NCBI GenBank assembly: GCA_951813605.1
Contig: OX638379.1
Location: 752,471-816,470, forward strand
Source: an uncultured Bryobacterales bacterium
GTDB taxonomy: Bacteria > Acidobacteriota > Terriglobia > Bryobacterales > UBA6623
Direction: 5' to 3'
DNA length: 64,000 bases
Below, in pieces: positions 39,583 through 48,169 of the stretch. Positions within the stretch are counted from its first letter, which is position 1, and the number at the start of each line of letters is the position of its first letter. The notes under the pieces were generated by a model. It did no database searches. It was not told the DNA's origin and saw only the letters and a list, made by a program, of their open reading frames with translations. A program made the translations under genes and the position numbers.

Positions 39583-39955
39583 ATGACCATAGCGGATGGG
39601 AGTGCAAATATGGGGTCACTACTCGCGCTCGCTCAAGCGACCACTTAGGCATGTCGCTTGCGTCGTCTTCAGCAGTGCCCCACTGACCGCAAGCGTAGTG
39701 GAACACGGGGATTACGCAAGCACTCCCGCTTGCGGCAACCAGCCGTGCCCACGGACGTCCGCTGCTCGCGCCGCGCCTCTTACGAGGCGCTCGCAATGTG
39801 GCGAACCGAATTGTCCCTAATCGATAGCTCCAGCGTCGAAATCGCCCGGAGGCCTCGCTCGTCTTCACGAACGAGCAGGCCAGAACAAATCAGTCTCTTG
39901 ATCGGTCCCCAGAATCGTCTACGATTAACGTGGCTTTCCGCCTTGGAGTGAAATC

Positions 39956-41851
39956 ATGCGTCACCTGATCGCCAGCTACTTGAACAACGACCTCTCCCGC
40001 CGTGGACTCTTCGAAGCCCTAGCCGGGCTCGGCTTCACAGCCGCCGCCGCGCAGTCTCTCGTCGCGCCGCTTGAGGCGTCGGAAAGCGGCCATGGGGCAA
40101 CCAAGATGACTGGCACTGGAGGCGAACTCGTCGTTGCCCAGATGAAGGCTGCCGGCGTCGAGTATCTGTTCACAAACCCTGGATCCTTCGAAGTGGGATT
40201 CTTCGACGCCTTCTTGGGTCAAGACCACACGCAGCTGATTATGGGATTGCACGAAGGCATCGTGATTTCCTTAGCCGACGGCTACTACCGAGCATCCGGC
40301 AAGCCGGGCTTCGTAAACATCCACGTCATCGCCGGCACGGCCCAGGCCGCCGGGCAGATGTACAACGCGGCAAAAGACGGCTCCGCGCTCGTTGTAACCG
40401 CCGGGCTCAACGATAACGAGCTCTGGAGCGACGACGCCGGCCTGGCGCCCCGCCCTGGGTACGACCAGAAAGAAGTCAACCGTCAGTTCACGAAAATCTC
40501 GTGGGAGTCTCGCGACGCCCGCAGCTTGGCGCTCATGCTGCGTCGAGCGTTCAAGGTGGCTACGGCCCCGGCGGGCGGTCCAACCTATCTCGCCATGGCC
40601 CACCATGCGCTGGAATCGAAGAATGTGGAGGCGCTCATCCTGCCGGGCGACCGTTTCATGCCGCGGGCCAAGATGCGGCCCTCCAAAGATGCCGTTGAAC
40701 GCGCCGCCAAAGCGCTGATCGAGGCGAACCGCCCAGTCTTGGTCGCCGGCGACGAAGTCTGGAAGACGCACGGCTGCGACGAATTGCTGGTGCTCGCCGA
40801 GAAGCTCGGCGCGCCCGTTACCAACTACGGCCAGGGCTACGACAACTTCCCAGCCCACCATCCGCAGAACCTAGGGCGGTTCAACCAAAAGCACGAGATG
40901 GTCGCGGGTGCGGACGTCGTCTTCAGTATCGGCGCGCCCGACTTTGGAGGGAGGGTCGTGCCGACCGGACCCGAAGCGCCGCTCGAAGCAAAGTTCATCC
41001 GGCTCACCGCGAACAGCGATGTCATTAGCCGCAACTACCCGACGGACCTGCTGCTTGCGGGAACGTCGAGGGAAGGACTCCGTGACCTCAACGACGCGAT
41101 CGATTCGCTGACCACTGCCGCTCGTCGCAAGAAGACCGCCAAGCCGAGAGCGGAAGCCCTCGCTGCGTTCACGAAGAATGCTCGCGCAAGGGCAGAGGAG
41201 GCAGCTCGCAAGAACTTCGGCAAGGGCCCGGTGCATCCTGACGAGCTCGGCGCGACGATCGCCAAAGTCGCCGATGCCAATGCCATCATCGTGCCCGAGA
41301 ATCTCACGGCGAAATTCGGCGCGTTCAACTTCGGCCATCGCGATGGTGAAATGATGCGTGTTGCCAATACGGGCAACGGCCTCGGCTGGGGCATCGGCGC
41401 TGCAGCGGGCGCAAAGCTAGCCGTGCCTGATCGGCAGGTCATTTGCTCGATCGGGGACGGCTCTGTGATGTACAGCGCGGCGGGCTTTTGGACGCAGGCA
41501 AGGTACGAGATTCCGGTACTGACCGTGGTTTCGAACAACCGCAACTACCAGACTGTCCGCGGTGCCTATTACCGTTACGGCGGGAAGATGGCACAGCAGA
41601 ATGAGTACACCGGCATGTACCTAGGCGATCCGGACATAAGCTTTGCAGAGCTTGCCAAGAGCCAAGGAGTAGCGGGCGAAAAGGTCAACGAGTCGTCTGA
41701 GCTTGAGGCTGCACTAACGCGCGGAGTTGAGGCAACCCGCGAAGGACGTCCTTACGTCGTGGATGTCGAGACCGCCCGGTACGGCGGCGGAGCCGACTCA
41801 GACTGGCACCAGAAGTTCAGCTTGGCGGACAAGCGGACGAAGAACGTTTAG
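39956..41851 (+). CDS. Thiamine-diphosphate-dependent enzyme (acetolactate synthase / benzoylformate decarboxylase superfamily) with N-terminal Tat-type signal
   Basis: GGAG lies 6 nt upstream of the ATG. The N-terminal ~50 aa contain SRRGLFEALAGLGFTAAAAQSLVAPLEA before the usual ThDP-enzyme start (GGELVVAQMKAAGVEYLFTNPGS). ThDP-binding motif GDGSVMYSAAGFWTQARYEIPVLTVVSNNRNY (GDG...NN). Confidence 0.85.
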   Translation: MRHLIASYLNNDLSRRGLFEALAGLGFTAAAAQSLVAPLEASESGHGATKMTGTGGELVVAQMKAAGVEYLFTNPGSFEVGFFDAFLGQDHTQLIMGLHEGIVISLADGYYRASGKPGFVNIHVIAGTAQAAGQMYNAAKDGSALVVTAGLNDNELWSDDAGLAPRPGYDQKEVNRQFTKISWESRDARSLALMLRRAFKVATAPAGGPTYLAMAHHALESKNVEALILPGDRFMPRAKMRPSKDAVERAAKALIEANRPVLVAGDEVWKTHGCDELLVLAEKLGAPVTNYGQGYDNFPAHHPQNLGRFNQKHEMVAGADVVFSIGAPDFGGRVVPTGPEAPLEAKFIRLTANSDVISRNYPTDLLLAGTSREGLRDLNDAIDSLTTAARRKKTAKPRAEALAAFTKNARARAEEAARKNFGKGPVHPDELGATIAKVADANAIIVPENLTAKFGAFNFGHRDGEMMRVANTGNGLGWGIGAAAGAKLAVPDRQVICSIGDGSVMYSAAGFWTQARYEIPVLTVVSNNRNYQTVRGAYYRYGGKMAQQNEYTGMYLGDPDISFAELAKSQGVAGEKVNESSELEAALTRGVEATREGRPYVVDVETARYGGGADSDWHQKFSLADKRTKNV

Positions 41852-42157
41852 ATTTCGACGGCAAGTCGGCGATCCATGTTCGTTGACGGGTCTGCAGGGA
41901 TTCGGACGCCTGCCAGAACACTTGAGTGAACCGGCGAGAGACAGCCGGACATATCGTTTGAACCGCCGCCTTGGAACGATCGAGCGATACGTGAATCTTC
42001 CGCCAAAGAACGAGGCAGAAGGGCCAGGCTAAATGCCCGCGTCCGGGATTGAACTACCGCTTGTATCGGATCCCGACAATGCCAGTGCGGTAAGGGACGC
42101 AGAGACACCCCTCTCCATCAAAGACTGACTGTGTCGGATTCGCGGGCTCGAAGAGAC

Positions 42158-42179
42158 TATCGGACCAAGTATCGGACCA
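42158..42179 (+). promoter_or_regulatory. Tandem direct repeat TATCGGACCA-AG-TATCGGACCA (12-bp period), candidate activator/operator site
   Basis: Exact 10-bp copies at 42158-42167 and 42170-42179. Related TATCGGA at 42064-42070 and TGTCGGA at 42132-42138. The repeats end 21 nt upstream of a TATAAT hexamer. Confidence 0.4.
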
Positions 42180-42200
42180 GAACTCAACGTTCGCGCCTTA

Positions 42201-42206
42201 TATAAT
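42201..42206 (+). promoter_or_regulatory. Consensus -10-like hexamer TATAAT, 12 nt upstream of the PQQ dehydrogenase ATG
   Basis: TATAAT at 42201-42206 and ATG at 42219. There is no Shine-Dalgarno sequence in the 12 intervening nt and no good -35 hexamer. Confidence 0.35.
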
Positions 42207-42218
42207 CCCTTCGACGCT

Positions 42219-44117
42219 ATGCATTATCGCCCTACCCGCCGCGCCTTCATGAAGAGCGCTGCCCTCTCCGCTGCAGCGCTGCATGCCCCATCCGCACGTG
42301 CCGCCTACGGTGCCTCGAGCGACTGGCGCCACTACGGCGGCTCGCTCGGCGCGACCCGGTACTCGGAGCTGGATCAGATCAACCGTTCCAGCGTTTTCGA
42401 GCTTGAGGTGGCGTGGGTGCACGCCACCGGCGATAGCCGAGCGCGGCCCGCTACCAAGATCGAATGCACGCCGATTGTCGTGGACGGTCGGATGTACGTC
42501 ACGACGGCCCAGGTTCAAGTGCGCGCCCTCAACGCGGAGACGGGCGAGATGTTGTGGAATTTCGATCCCTTTGAAGGAATTCAGATGCGACGATCCAAAG
42601 GCGTCAACCGCGGCGTTGCCTATTGGGCCGACGGCAGCGATCGCCGGATCTTCATGTCGGGGTCCGCGCAGGACTACCTCTACTGCCTCAACGCGGACAC
42701 TGGCAAGCTCGTGTCGGAGTTCGCCGATGACGGCATCCTCGACATGAAGAAGGGCTTGGACCGGGAACTTGCCGATTCCGTCCGCTCGTACTACGCCTCT
42801 CCGCCGGTAATCTTCGAGGACATGCTGTTCCTCGGCGGTGGCTCTGGCAGTGAGGGGCCGGCGCCGGCCGCCCCGGGACACATTCGTGCATTTGACGTCC
42901 GCACGGGCAAGCGGCTATGGATTTTTCACACCATCCCGCACCCGGGCGAGTTCGGCTACGAAACGTGGGGCAAGGACAGCTGGAAGACCGCAGGCGGCGC
43001 AAACAACTGGGGCGGTTTGAGCTTGGATCCCGAACGCGGGCTGCTTCTTGTCTCGACCGGGTCGCCGACTTACGATTTCTACGGTGCGGACCGGCCGGGC
43101 AAGAATCTCTTCGGAAACTCAGTCATCGCCCTCGACATTCGAACAGGCGAACGCAAATGGCATTATCAAACGATCCACCACGATCTTTGGGACTACGATC
43201 TGCCCGCGCAGCCCGTGCTTGCTCGGCGCAAGAACAATGGAGAGTGGCAGGACATCGTCGTTCAGATTTCCAAGCAGGCATTCTGGTACATCTTCGATCG
43301 CGAAACGGGCGAGCCTGTGTGGGAAATCGAGGAATTGCCCGTGCCCGGTTCCGATATGGAGGGCGAGCACGTGTATCCGACACAGCCGTTCCCGACCAAG
43401 CCGGCACCCTTCGCGCGCCAGGGATTCGAAAGCGACGAATACATCACAGACATTACGGAGGAGTCGCGAGAGTACATCAAGAGGCGCCTTAAGGACTTGC
43501 GACGGGGGATGCTCTACACGCCGCCTAGCAGAGGCGGAACGGTGTATAACCCCGGCACAGTGGGAGGAACCATCTGGGGCGGAACCAGCCACGACCCAGA
43601 GGCCGGACTGATGTTCATCAACACCAACAACTGGCCGAAGTTCTTCACCTTGATCGACGCGCCCGAAGGGGCCGGCTTCCCCCTTATGCACACCGGCTAT
43701 CCATTCTTCGTTGACCAAGACAAGTACTCTGCGGCGAAACCGCCTTGGGGTGAACTGCTTTGCTTGGACCTGGCAACGGGCGACTACCGTTGGCGGCGCC
43801 CCATTGGCGAATACGCCGAACTCACGGCGAAGGGCATCGAGGGGACGGGCACGTTTAACGTCGGCGGATCGATCGTAACCAAGGGCGGTCTGCTTTTCCT
43901 CGGGGCCACGCAGGACGAGAAGTTCCGTGCGTTCGACACTAGTTCAGGCGAGATCCTTTTCGAGCATCAACTCTCGGCCGGCGGGTACGCGACTCCATGC
44001 ACGTATGCGGTCGCCGGCAAGCAGTATGTGGTCATCGCCGCCGGAGGCGGCGGGCGCGACATCGGCTCAGGAGGCAGGAAGTCCGGTGACGAGTTCGTAG
44101 CCTTCAGCCTGGGCTAG
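42219..44117 (+). CDS. Soluble PQQ-dependent dehydrogenase (quinoprotein, 8-bladed propeller type) with Tat signal
   Basis: N-terminus MHYRPTRRAFMKSAALSAAALHAPSARA. The quinoprotein start block DWRHYGGSLGATRYSELDQINRSSVFELEVAW. W-rich propeller repeats throughout. No heme CxxCH motif. Confidence 0.9.
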   Translation: MHYRPTRRAFMKSAALSAAALHAPSARAAYGASSDWRHYGGSLGATRYSELDQINRSSVFELEVAWVHATGDSRARPATKIECTPIVVDGRMYVTTAQVQVRALNAETGEMLWNFDPFEGIQMRRSKGVNRGVAYWADGSDRRIFMSGSAQDYLYCLNADTGKLVSEFADDGILDMKKGLDRELADSVRSYYASPPVIFEDMLFLGGGSGSEGPAPAAPGHIRAFDVRTGKRLWIFHTIPHPGEFGYETWGKDSWKTAGGANNWGGLSLDPERGLLLVSTGSPTYDFYGADRPGKNLFGNSVIALDIRTGERKWHYQTIHHDLWDYDLPAQPVLARRKNNGEWQDIVVQISKQAFWYIFDRETGEPVWEIEELPVPGSDMEGEHVYPTQPFPTKPAPFARQGFESDEYITDITEESREYIKRRLKDLRRGMLYTPPSRGGTVYNPGTVGGTIWGGTSHDPEAGLMFINTNNWPKFFTLIDAPEGAGFPLMHTGYPFFVDQDKYSAAKPPWGELLCLDLATGDYRWRRPIGEYAELTAKGIEGTGTFNVGGSIVTKGGLLFLGATQDEKFRAFDTSSGEILFEHQLSAGGYATPCTYAVAGKQYVVIAAGGGGRDIGSGGRKSGDEFVAFSLG

Positions 44118-44296
44118 CCCGGTGTGTCCGCTTCTGGGCGGCGAGAGGACGCCATTTGGTTGCAGCGTAAGCGCGCCCTGCACCCCTTGACCTGCTCCCC
44201 ATGCCGACTCCATCCTGCTGGCATGCGGACGCCGCCGGCAACGCATCGACAATCCCGCGCAACGATGAACGGGTGTGACACCAAAGACTAGTCAGG

Positions 44297-45778
44297 TTGG
44301 GAAGGATGTTAGAGACTCGGGAAATTACAAAGCATTTTGGCGGGACCAGAGCTTTGGACCGGGTCAGCTTCGCCGTTCGTCCCGGAGAGGTGCATGCGCT
44401 GATCGGTGAGAACGGGGCAGGCAAATCGACACTGATGAAGATTGTTTCGGGAGCCCTCAGGCCGGACTCCGGCACAATCCACATCGAAGGTTCCGCTATC
44501 CGAATTGAGAATCCCCACCACGCGTTGCAACTGGGTATCTCGATCGTCCATCAGCAGTCGAGTCTGGTCCCCGACCTGACTGTGGCGGAGAACATCTTCC
44601 TGGGACGAATGCCCAAGACCAAGCTAGGTTTGGTCGATTGGAAGACCCTCTACTGTGACGCGGCTGCGCTGCTGAGACGCCTCGAATTCAGTTTGGATGT
44701 CCACCGGCCAGCCGGGGATTTGGACGCGGCCAGCCAGCAAGTCACCGAGATCGCACGCGCTTTATCGGTCTCAGCGCAGGTTCTCATCATGGACGAGCCC
44801 TCCGCCGTCTTGGGATCGAGCGAATTGGACCGATTGTTCAAGATTATTCGCAAGCTGAGAGCCGACGGGAAGGCGATCATTCTTGTCTCGCATCGCTTGC
44901 AAGAGATCTTCCGAATCTCGGATCGGGTGACAGTGCTAAAGGATGGTCGGATTGTCGGAACGTACGCCCTAGACGGCCAGCTGGACCCCACATTTCTCAT
45001 CCGCAAAATGGTGGGCAAGGGATGGGTCGAAAGATCTCTGGGCATACCGGAAGCGACGGGTGGCGAACTGTTGCGCATCGAGGGATTGACTAGAAAAGGT
45101 GCCTTCGAGAACGTAAGCTTCAGACTCAACGCTGGTGAGATTCTTGGTCTGGCCGGACTGGTAGGGGCAGGTCGAACGGACCTTTGCAAGGCTATCTTTG
45201 GTGCCAAGTCACATGACGGCGGCCGGATCTATGTTGAAGGCAGACGCGCCCATATCCGCTCGCCCAGTAATGCCCTAGCGCATGGTGTTGCGTACCTATC
45301 CAAGGATCGCCACAACGAGGGCTTGATCCTGTGCCTGCCGATCGGCACGAACATCACACTGCCAATCCTTCGCCGATTCACTTCCCGGGGTTTTCTCAGA
45401 CTGGGGCACGAGAACCGATTCGTCGACGCAATGATGGACAGGATGAACATACGTTCTACGGGACGCAGGCAGTTGACCGCTGCACTCAGCGGGGGCAACC
45501 AGCAGAAGGCTGCGCTGACAAAGTGGCTCAGCACCCAGGCAAGGATCTTCCTTCTAGACGAGCCGACGGTCGGCATTGATGTCGGGGCCAAGAGCCAGAT
45601 CCACCGCCTTGTCGCCGAACTAGCGAACAACGGAGCAGCGATTCTGCTGGTTTCTTCGGAGATTCCAGAGATACTTTCGCTTTGCAACCGCATCGTCGTG
45701 ATGAGCAAGGGGCGCGTGATGGGGCACCTCCGATCCGAGAAATCCAACGAGGAAGAGATACTGCAACTCGCAACGTAG
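44297..45778 (+). CDS. Sugar-type ABC transporter ATP-binding protein (duplicated ATPase, RbsA/MglA-like)
   Basis: First domain Walker A GENGAGKST. Second domain GLVGAGRTD with signature LSGGNQQK. The 493-aa two-domain architecture is typical of CUT2 sugar importers. The start is TTG 44297 or ATG 44306. Confidence 0.9.
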   Translation: MGRMLETREITKHFGGTRALDRVSFAVRPGEVHALIGENGAGKSTLMKIVSGALRPDSGTIHIEGSAIRIENPHHALQLGISIVHQQSSLVPDLTVAENIFLGRMPKTKLGLVDWKTLYCDAAALLRRLEFSLDVHRPAGDLDAASQQVTEIARALSVSAQVLIMDEPSAVLGSSELDRLFKIIRKLRADGKAIILVSHRLQEIFRISDRVTVLKDGRIVGTYALDGQLDPTFLIRKMVGKGWVERSLGIPEATGGELLRIEGLTRKGAFENVSFRLNAGEILGLAGLVGAGRTDLCKAIFGAKSHDGGRIYVEGRRAHIRSPSNALAHGVAYLSKDRHNEGLILCLPIGTNITLPILRRFTSRGFLRLGHENRFVDAMMDRMNIRSTGRRQLTAALSGGNQQKAALTKWLSTQARIFLLDEPTVGIDVGAKSQIHRLVAELANNGAAILLVSSEIPEILSLCNRIVVMSKGRVMGHLRSEKSNEEEILQLAT

Positions 45779-46060
45779 GAGGACTCCATCCGATGTCAGG
45801 CGAAGCAACCCTTCTCAGCCTTGGCAACGACTCTGGGTCTCCGGACGGATTAGCGTGCGGGTGGCGACTGGCTCCTGGCATATTATTGAAGCCCGCGGTT
45901 GGGGCAGCAAATCACCATTTCGTTTTTTCAGGCTGGGACGCTAGACTTCGCGGCTGCCGGGCAGCACCGCCGCTTTCCTGCAGTGCATGCAGCAAGCCGT
46001 CCTCGAGCATCCGCAAGTCCGGGTAAAGCGCTTGTGACTCTGGCATATCGCCGACCGACG

Positions 46061-48169
46061 ATGTCGGGTTATGATGATTCGCCAAAGATGAATGCAGATA
46101 CGAGCGTTCGGTGCGGGATCGATACAGGCGGAACCTTCACCGATTTCGTGGGCGTGGACGAAGCCTCCGGCGAATTGGTCGCTTGCAAGTGGCCTTCCTC
46201 GCACAGCGACCCGGTAGAAGCGATCGTTGGCGTGGTCAAGGATTCGGGCTTGCCCCCGGAGAGTATCTACTTCTTGATCTTGGGGACTACGGTAGCCACG
46301 AATGCGCTCATTCAGCGCAAGGGAGCGCACGTCATCTACATCACCACGGAGGGCTTTGAGGATGTCCTTTATATCCAGCGCATGAATCGCCGCTACCACT
46401 ACTCCTACGAGTGGACCAAGCCGCTTCCCTTCGTGGAGATGCGTGATTCGCTAGGCGTCAGGGAGCGGATCAACGCCAAGGGCGAGGTCGTGATTCCGTT
46501 GGAGCCGGAAGAGATGGAGCGATTGGCGCAAGAGGTCGAGGCGCGCCTGGAGGGGCACAGCGTCGAAGATTCGTCGCTCGCCGTTTCCTTGCTATTTTCC
46601 TACCTCAATCCTGATCACGAGCTGCGACTGAAAGGATTTCTGCAGTCCCGATTTCCGGGAGTCGCCGTATCAATTTCGCACGAGGTCGCACCGATCTGGC
46701 GGGAGTACGAACGCGGCAGCACCGTCGTAGCCGACGCCTTCGTCAAGCCCCTCCTCCAGCGCTATGTGACCTCGGTTCGTAAGAGCCTGGACAGCCTAGG
46801 ATTGCGTTGTCCGTGGGCAATCATGAAGTCCAATGGCGGCCACGCTACCGCGAAGGTTGCCGAGGGCCAGCCTGTGAACCTTCTTCTGTCCGGCCAGAGC
46901 GGAGGCATCATCGGCGGCAAGTACTTCGGGGAACTCGCCCGGGAAAAGAACTTGATCACTTTGGATATGGGGGGGACGAGTTGTGACGTCGGAGTGGTGC
47001 AGGGAGGCAAACTCTCTTACATCACCAACTACGAAGTGGAATGGGGACTTCCCGTCAGCGCTCCGTTCGTTGACCTTACCGCTATTGGTGCGGGCGGCGG
47101 AAGCATCGCCTGGATCGACAAAGGAGGCTTTCTTCGGGTTGGTCCGCAAAGCGCAGGGGCTACGCCGGGGCCGCTTTGCTACGGTCGCGCCGGAACGCAA
47201 GTGACGGTGACCGATGCCAATCTGGCGCTAGGACGGTTAAACCCGGAGTACTTCCTTGGAGGCAAGATGAAACTGCATCCGAGCGAGGCCCTAGAAGGGT
47301 TGGCCGAACTGGGGCGGCGATTGGATTTGAGTGCGGTAGAGGTGGCTCAAGCTGTGATTGATATGGCCAATGAGAACATGGCTAACGCCATCCGGCTTGT
47401 TTCCATCGAGCGCGGCTTGGATCCGAGGGACTTCAGCGTGGTCGCGTTTGGTGGGGCCGGGCCGCTGCATGCCGGAGGCATCATCGAAAAAATGGGAATG
47501 ACCCGCATCGTGATCCCCCTGTACCCCGGACTCTGTTCTGCCTTTGGCGCGGCGATCGCTGATTTTCAGGTGGACAAGGTGTGGAGCACGCACTATCGCT
47601 CCGACAGCATGCAAGCGGATGTAATTATCGACCAGTTCCGAAAGTTGGAGACGACAGCGCGTGAGGAGTTGCGTGAAGAAGGGTTTAAGGCAGCCCCGGA
47701 GGTGCATCGCTCCATCAGCATGCGTTACGCGGGGCAGAACTATGAGCACGACGTCAGACTGCAGGAGGGCAGTGTGAATTCAGAGAGCCTCGGGCAAGCG
47801 TTCGATGAGTTCCATCGTCTTCACGAGAAACTCTACGGTTATTCGATCAGCGGCGAAGTGATCGAGCTGATCCGCGTCAATGTCACCGCCATAGGACGCA
47901 CCAGGAAGCCTCGGCTCAAAACACCCCCGAGCGACAATGACCCGCAGCCGCGCCAAACTCGGCCCGTGTATTTCGACAAGCATGGATTTGTCCCGTGCCC
48001 CGTGTATTACCGAGATGACTTACCCGGCCGGTATTCGTTCACGGGACCGGCGGTTATCGAGGAGGTCGATTCCACGATCTTGCTTCACCCGGGACATACC
48101 CTGCGTGTGAACCGGCACGGCGTGATCGGCATTGGCATCCGAGGCAAAGGCAATCATGGAGAAGATTGA
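46061..48169 (+). CDS. Hydantoinase A / oxoprolinase / acetone-carboxylase-beta family protein (HyuA-like, ATP-dependent)
   Basis: N-terminal block GIDTGGTFTDFVGVD and a second ATPase block LDMGGTSCDVG. The ORF is open from 45899. ATG 46061 or ATG 46088 is the likely start. Confidence 0.9.
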   Translation: MSGYDDSPKMNADTSVRCGIDTGGTFTDFVGVDEASGELVACKWPSSHSDPVEAIVGVVKDSGLPPESIYFLILGTTVATNALIQRKGAHVIYITTEGFEDVLYIQRMNRRYHYSYEWTKPLPFVEMRDSLGVRERINAKGEVVIPLEPEEMERLAQEVEARLEGHSVEDSSLAVSLLFSYLNPDHELRLKGFLQSRFPGVAVSISHEVAPIWREYERGSTVVADAFVKPLLQRYVTSVRKSLDSLGLRCPWAIMKSNGGHATAKVAEGQPVNLLLSGQSGGIIGGKYFGELAREKNLITLDMGGTSCDVGVVQGGKLSYITNYEVEWGLPVSAPFVDLTAIGAGGGSIAWIDKGGFLRVGPQSAGATPGPLCYGRAGTQVTVTDANLALGRLNPEYFLGGKMKLHPSEALEGLAELGRRLDLSAVEVAQAVIDMANENMANAIRLVSIERGLDPRDFSVVAFGGAGPLHAGGIIEKMGMTRIVIPLYPGLCSAFGAAIADFQVDKVWSTHYRSDSMQADVIIDQFRKLETTAREELREEGFKAAPEVHRSISMRYAGQNYEHDVRLQEGSVNSESLGQAFDEFHRLHEKLYGYSISGEVIELIRVNVTAIGRTRKPRLKTPPSDNDPQPRQTRPVYFDKHGFVPCPVYYRDDLPGRYSFTGPAVIEEVDSTILLHPGHTLRVNRHGVIGIGIRGKGNHGED

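Noticed and set aside
39536-39868. 110-aa ORF upstream of the GMC oxidoreductase, as a possible small Tat subunit (gluconate 2-dehydrogenase subunit-3-like)
   Set aside because: The sequence lacks a twin-arginine signal plus hydrophobic region and shows no resemblance to that family. It is more likely a random ORF in the intergenic region.
39402-39955. Possible TPP riboswitch upstream of the ThDP-dependent enzyme
   Set aside because: I could not find the conserved riboswitch core elements by eye. In addition, ThDP-using enzymes, as opposed to thiamine biosynthesis or transport genes, are not the usual riboswitch targets.
45793-46026. 78-codon ORF with AGGAGG (45777-45782) between the ABC ATPase gene and hyuA
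   Set aside because: Many codons end in A/T (tca, gaa, gca, ctt, tct, gga, tta, ata...), unlike neighbouring genes. There is no recognisable motif. The AGGAGG overlaps the ATPase stop codon and may be fortuitous.
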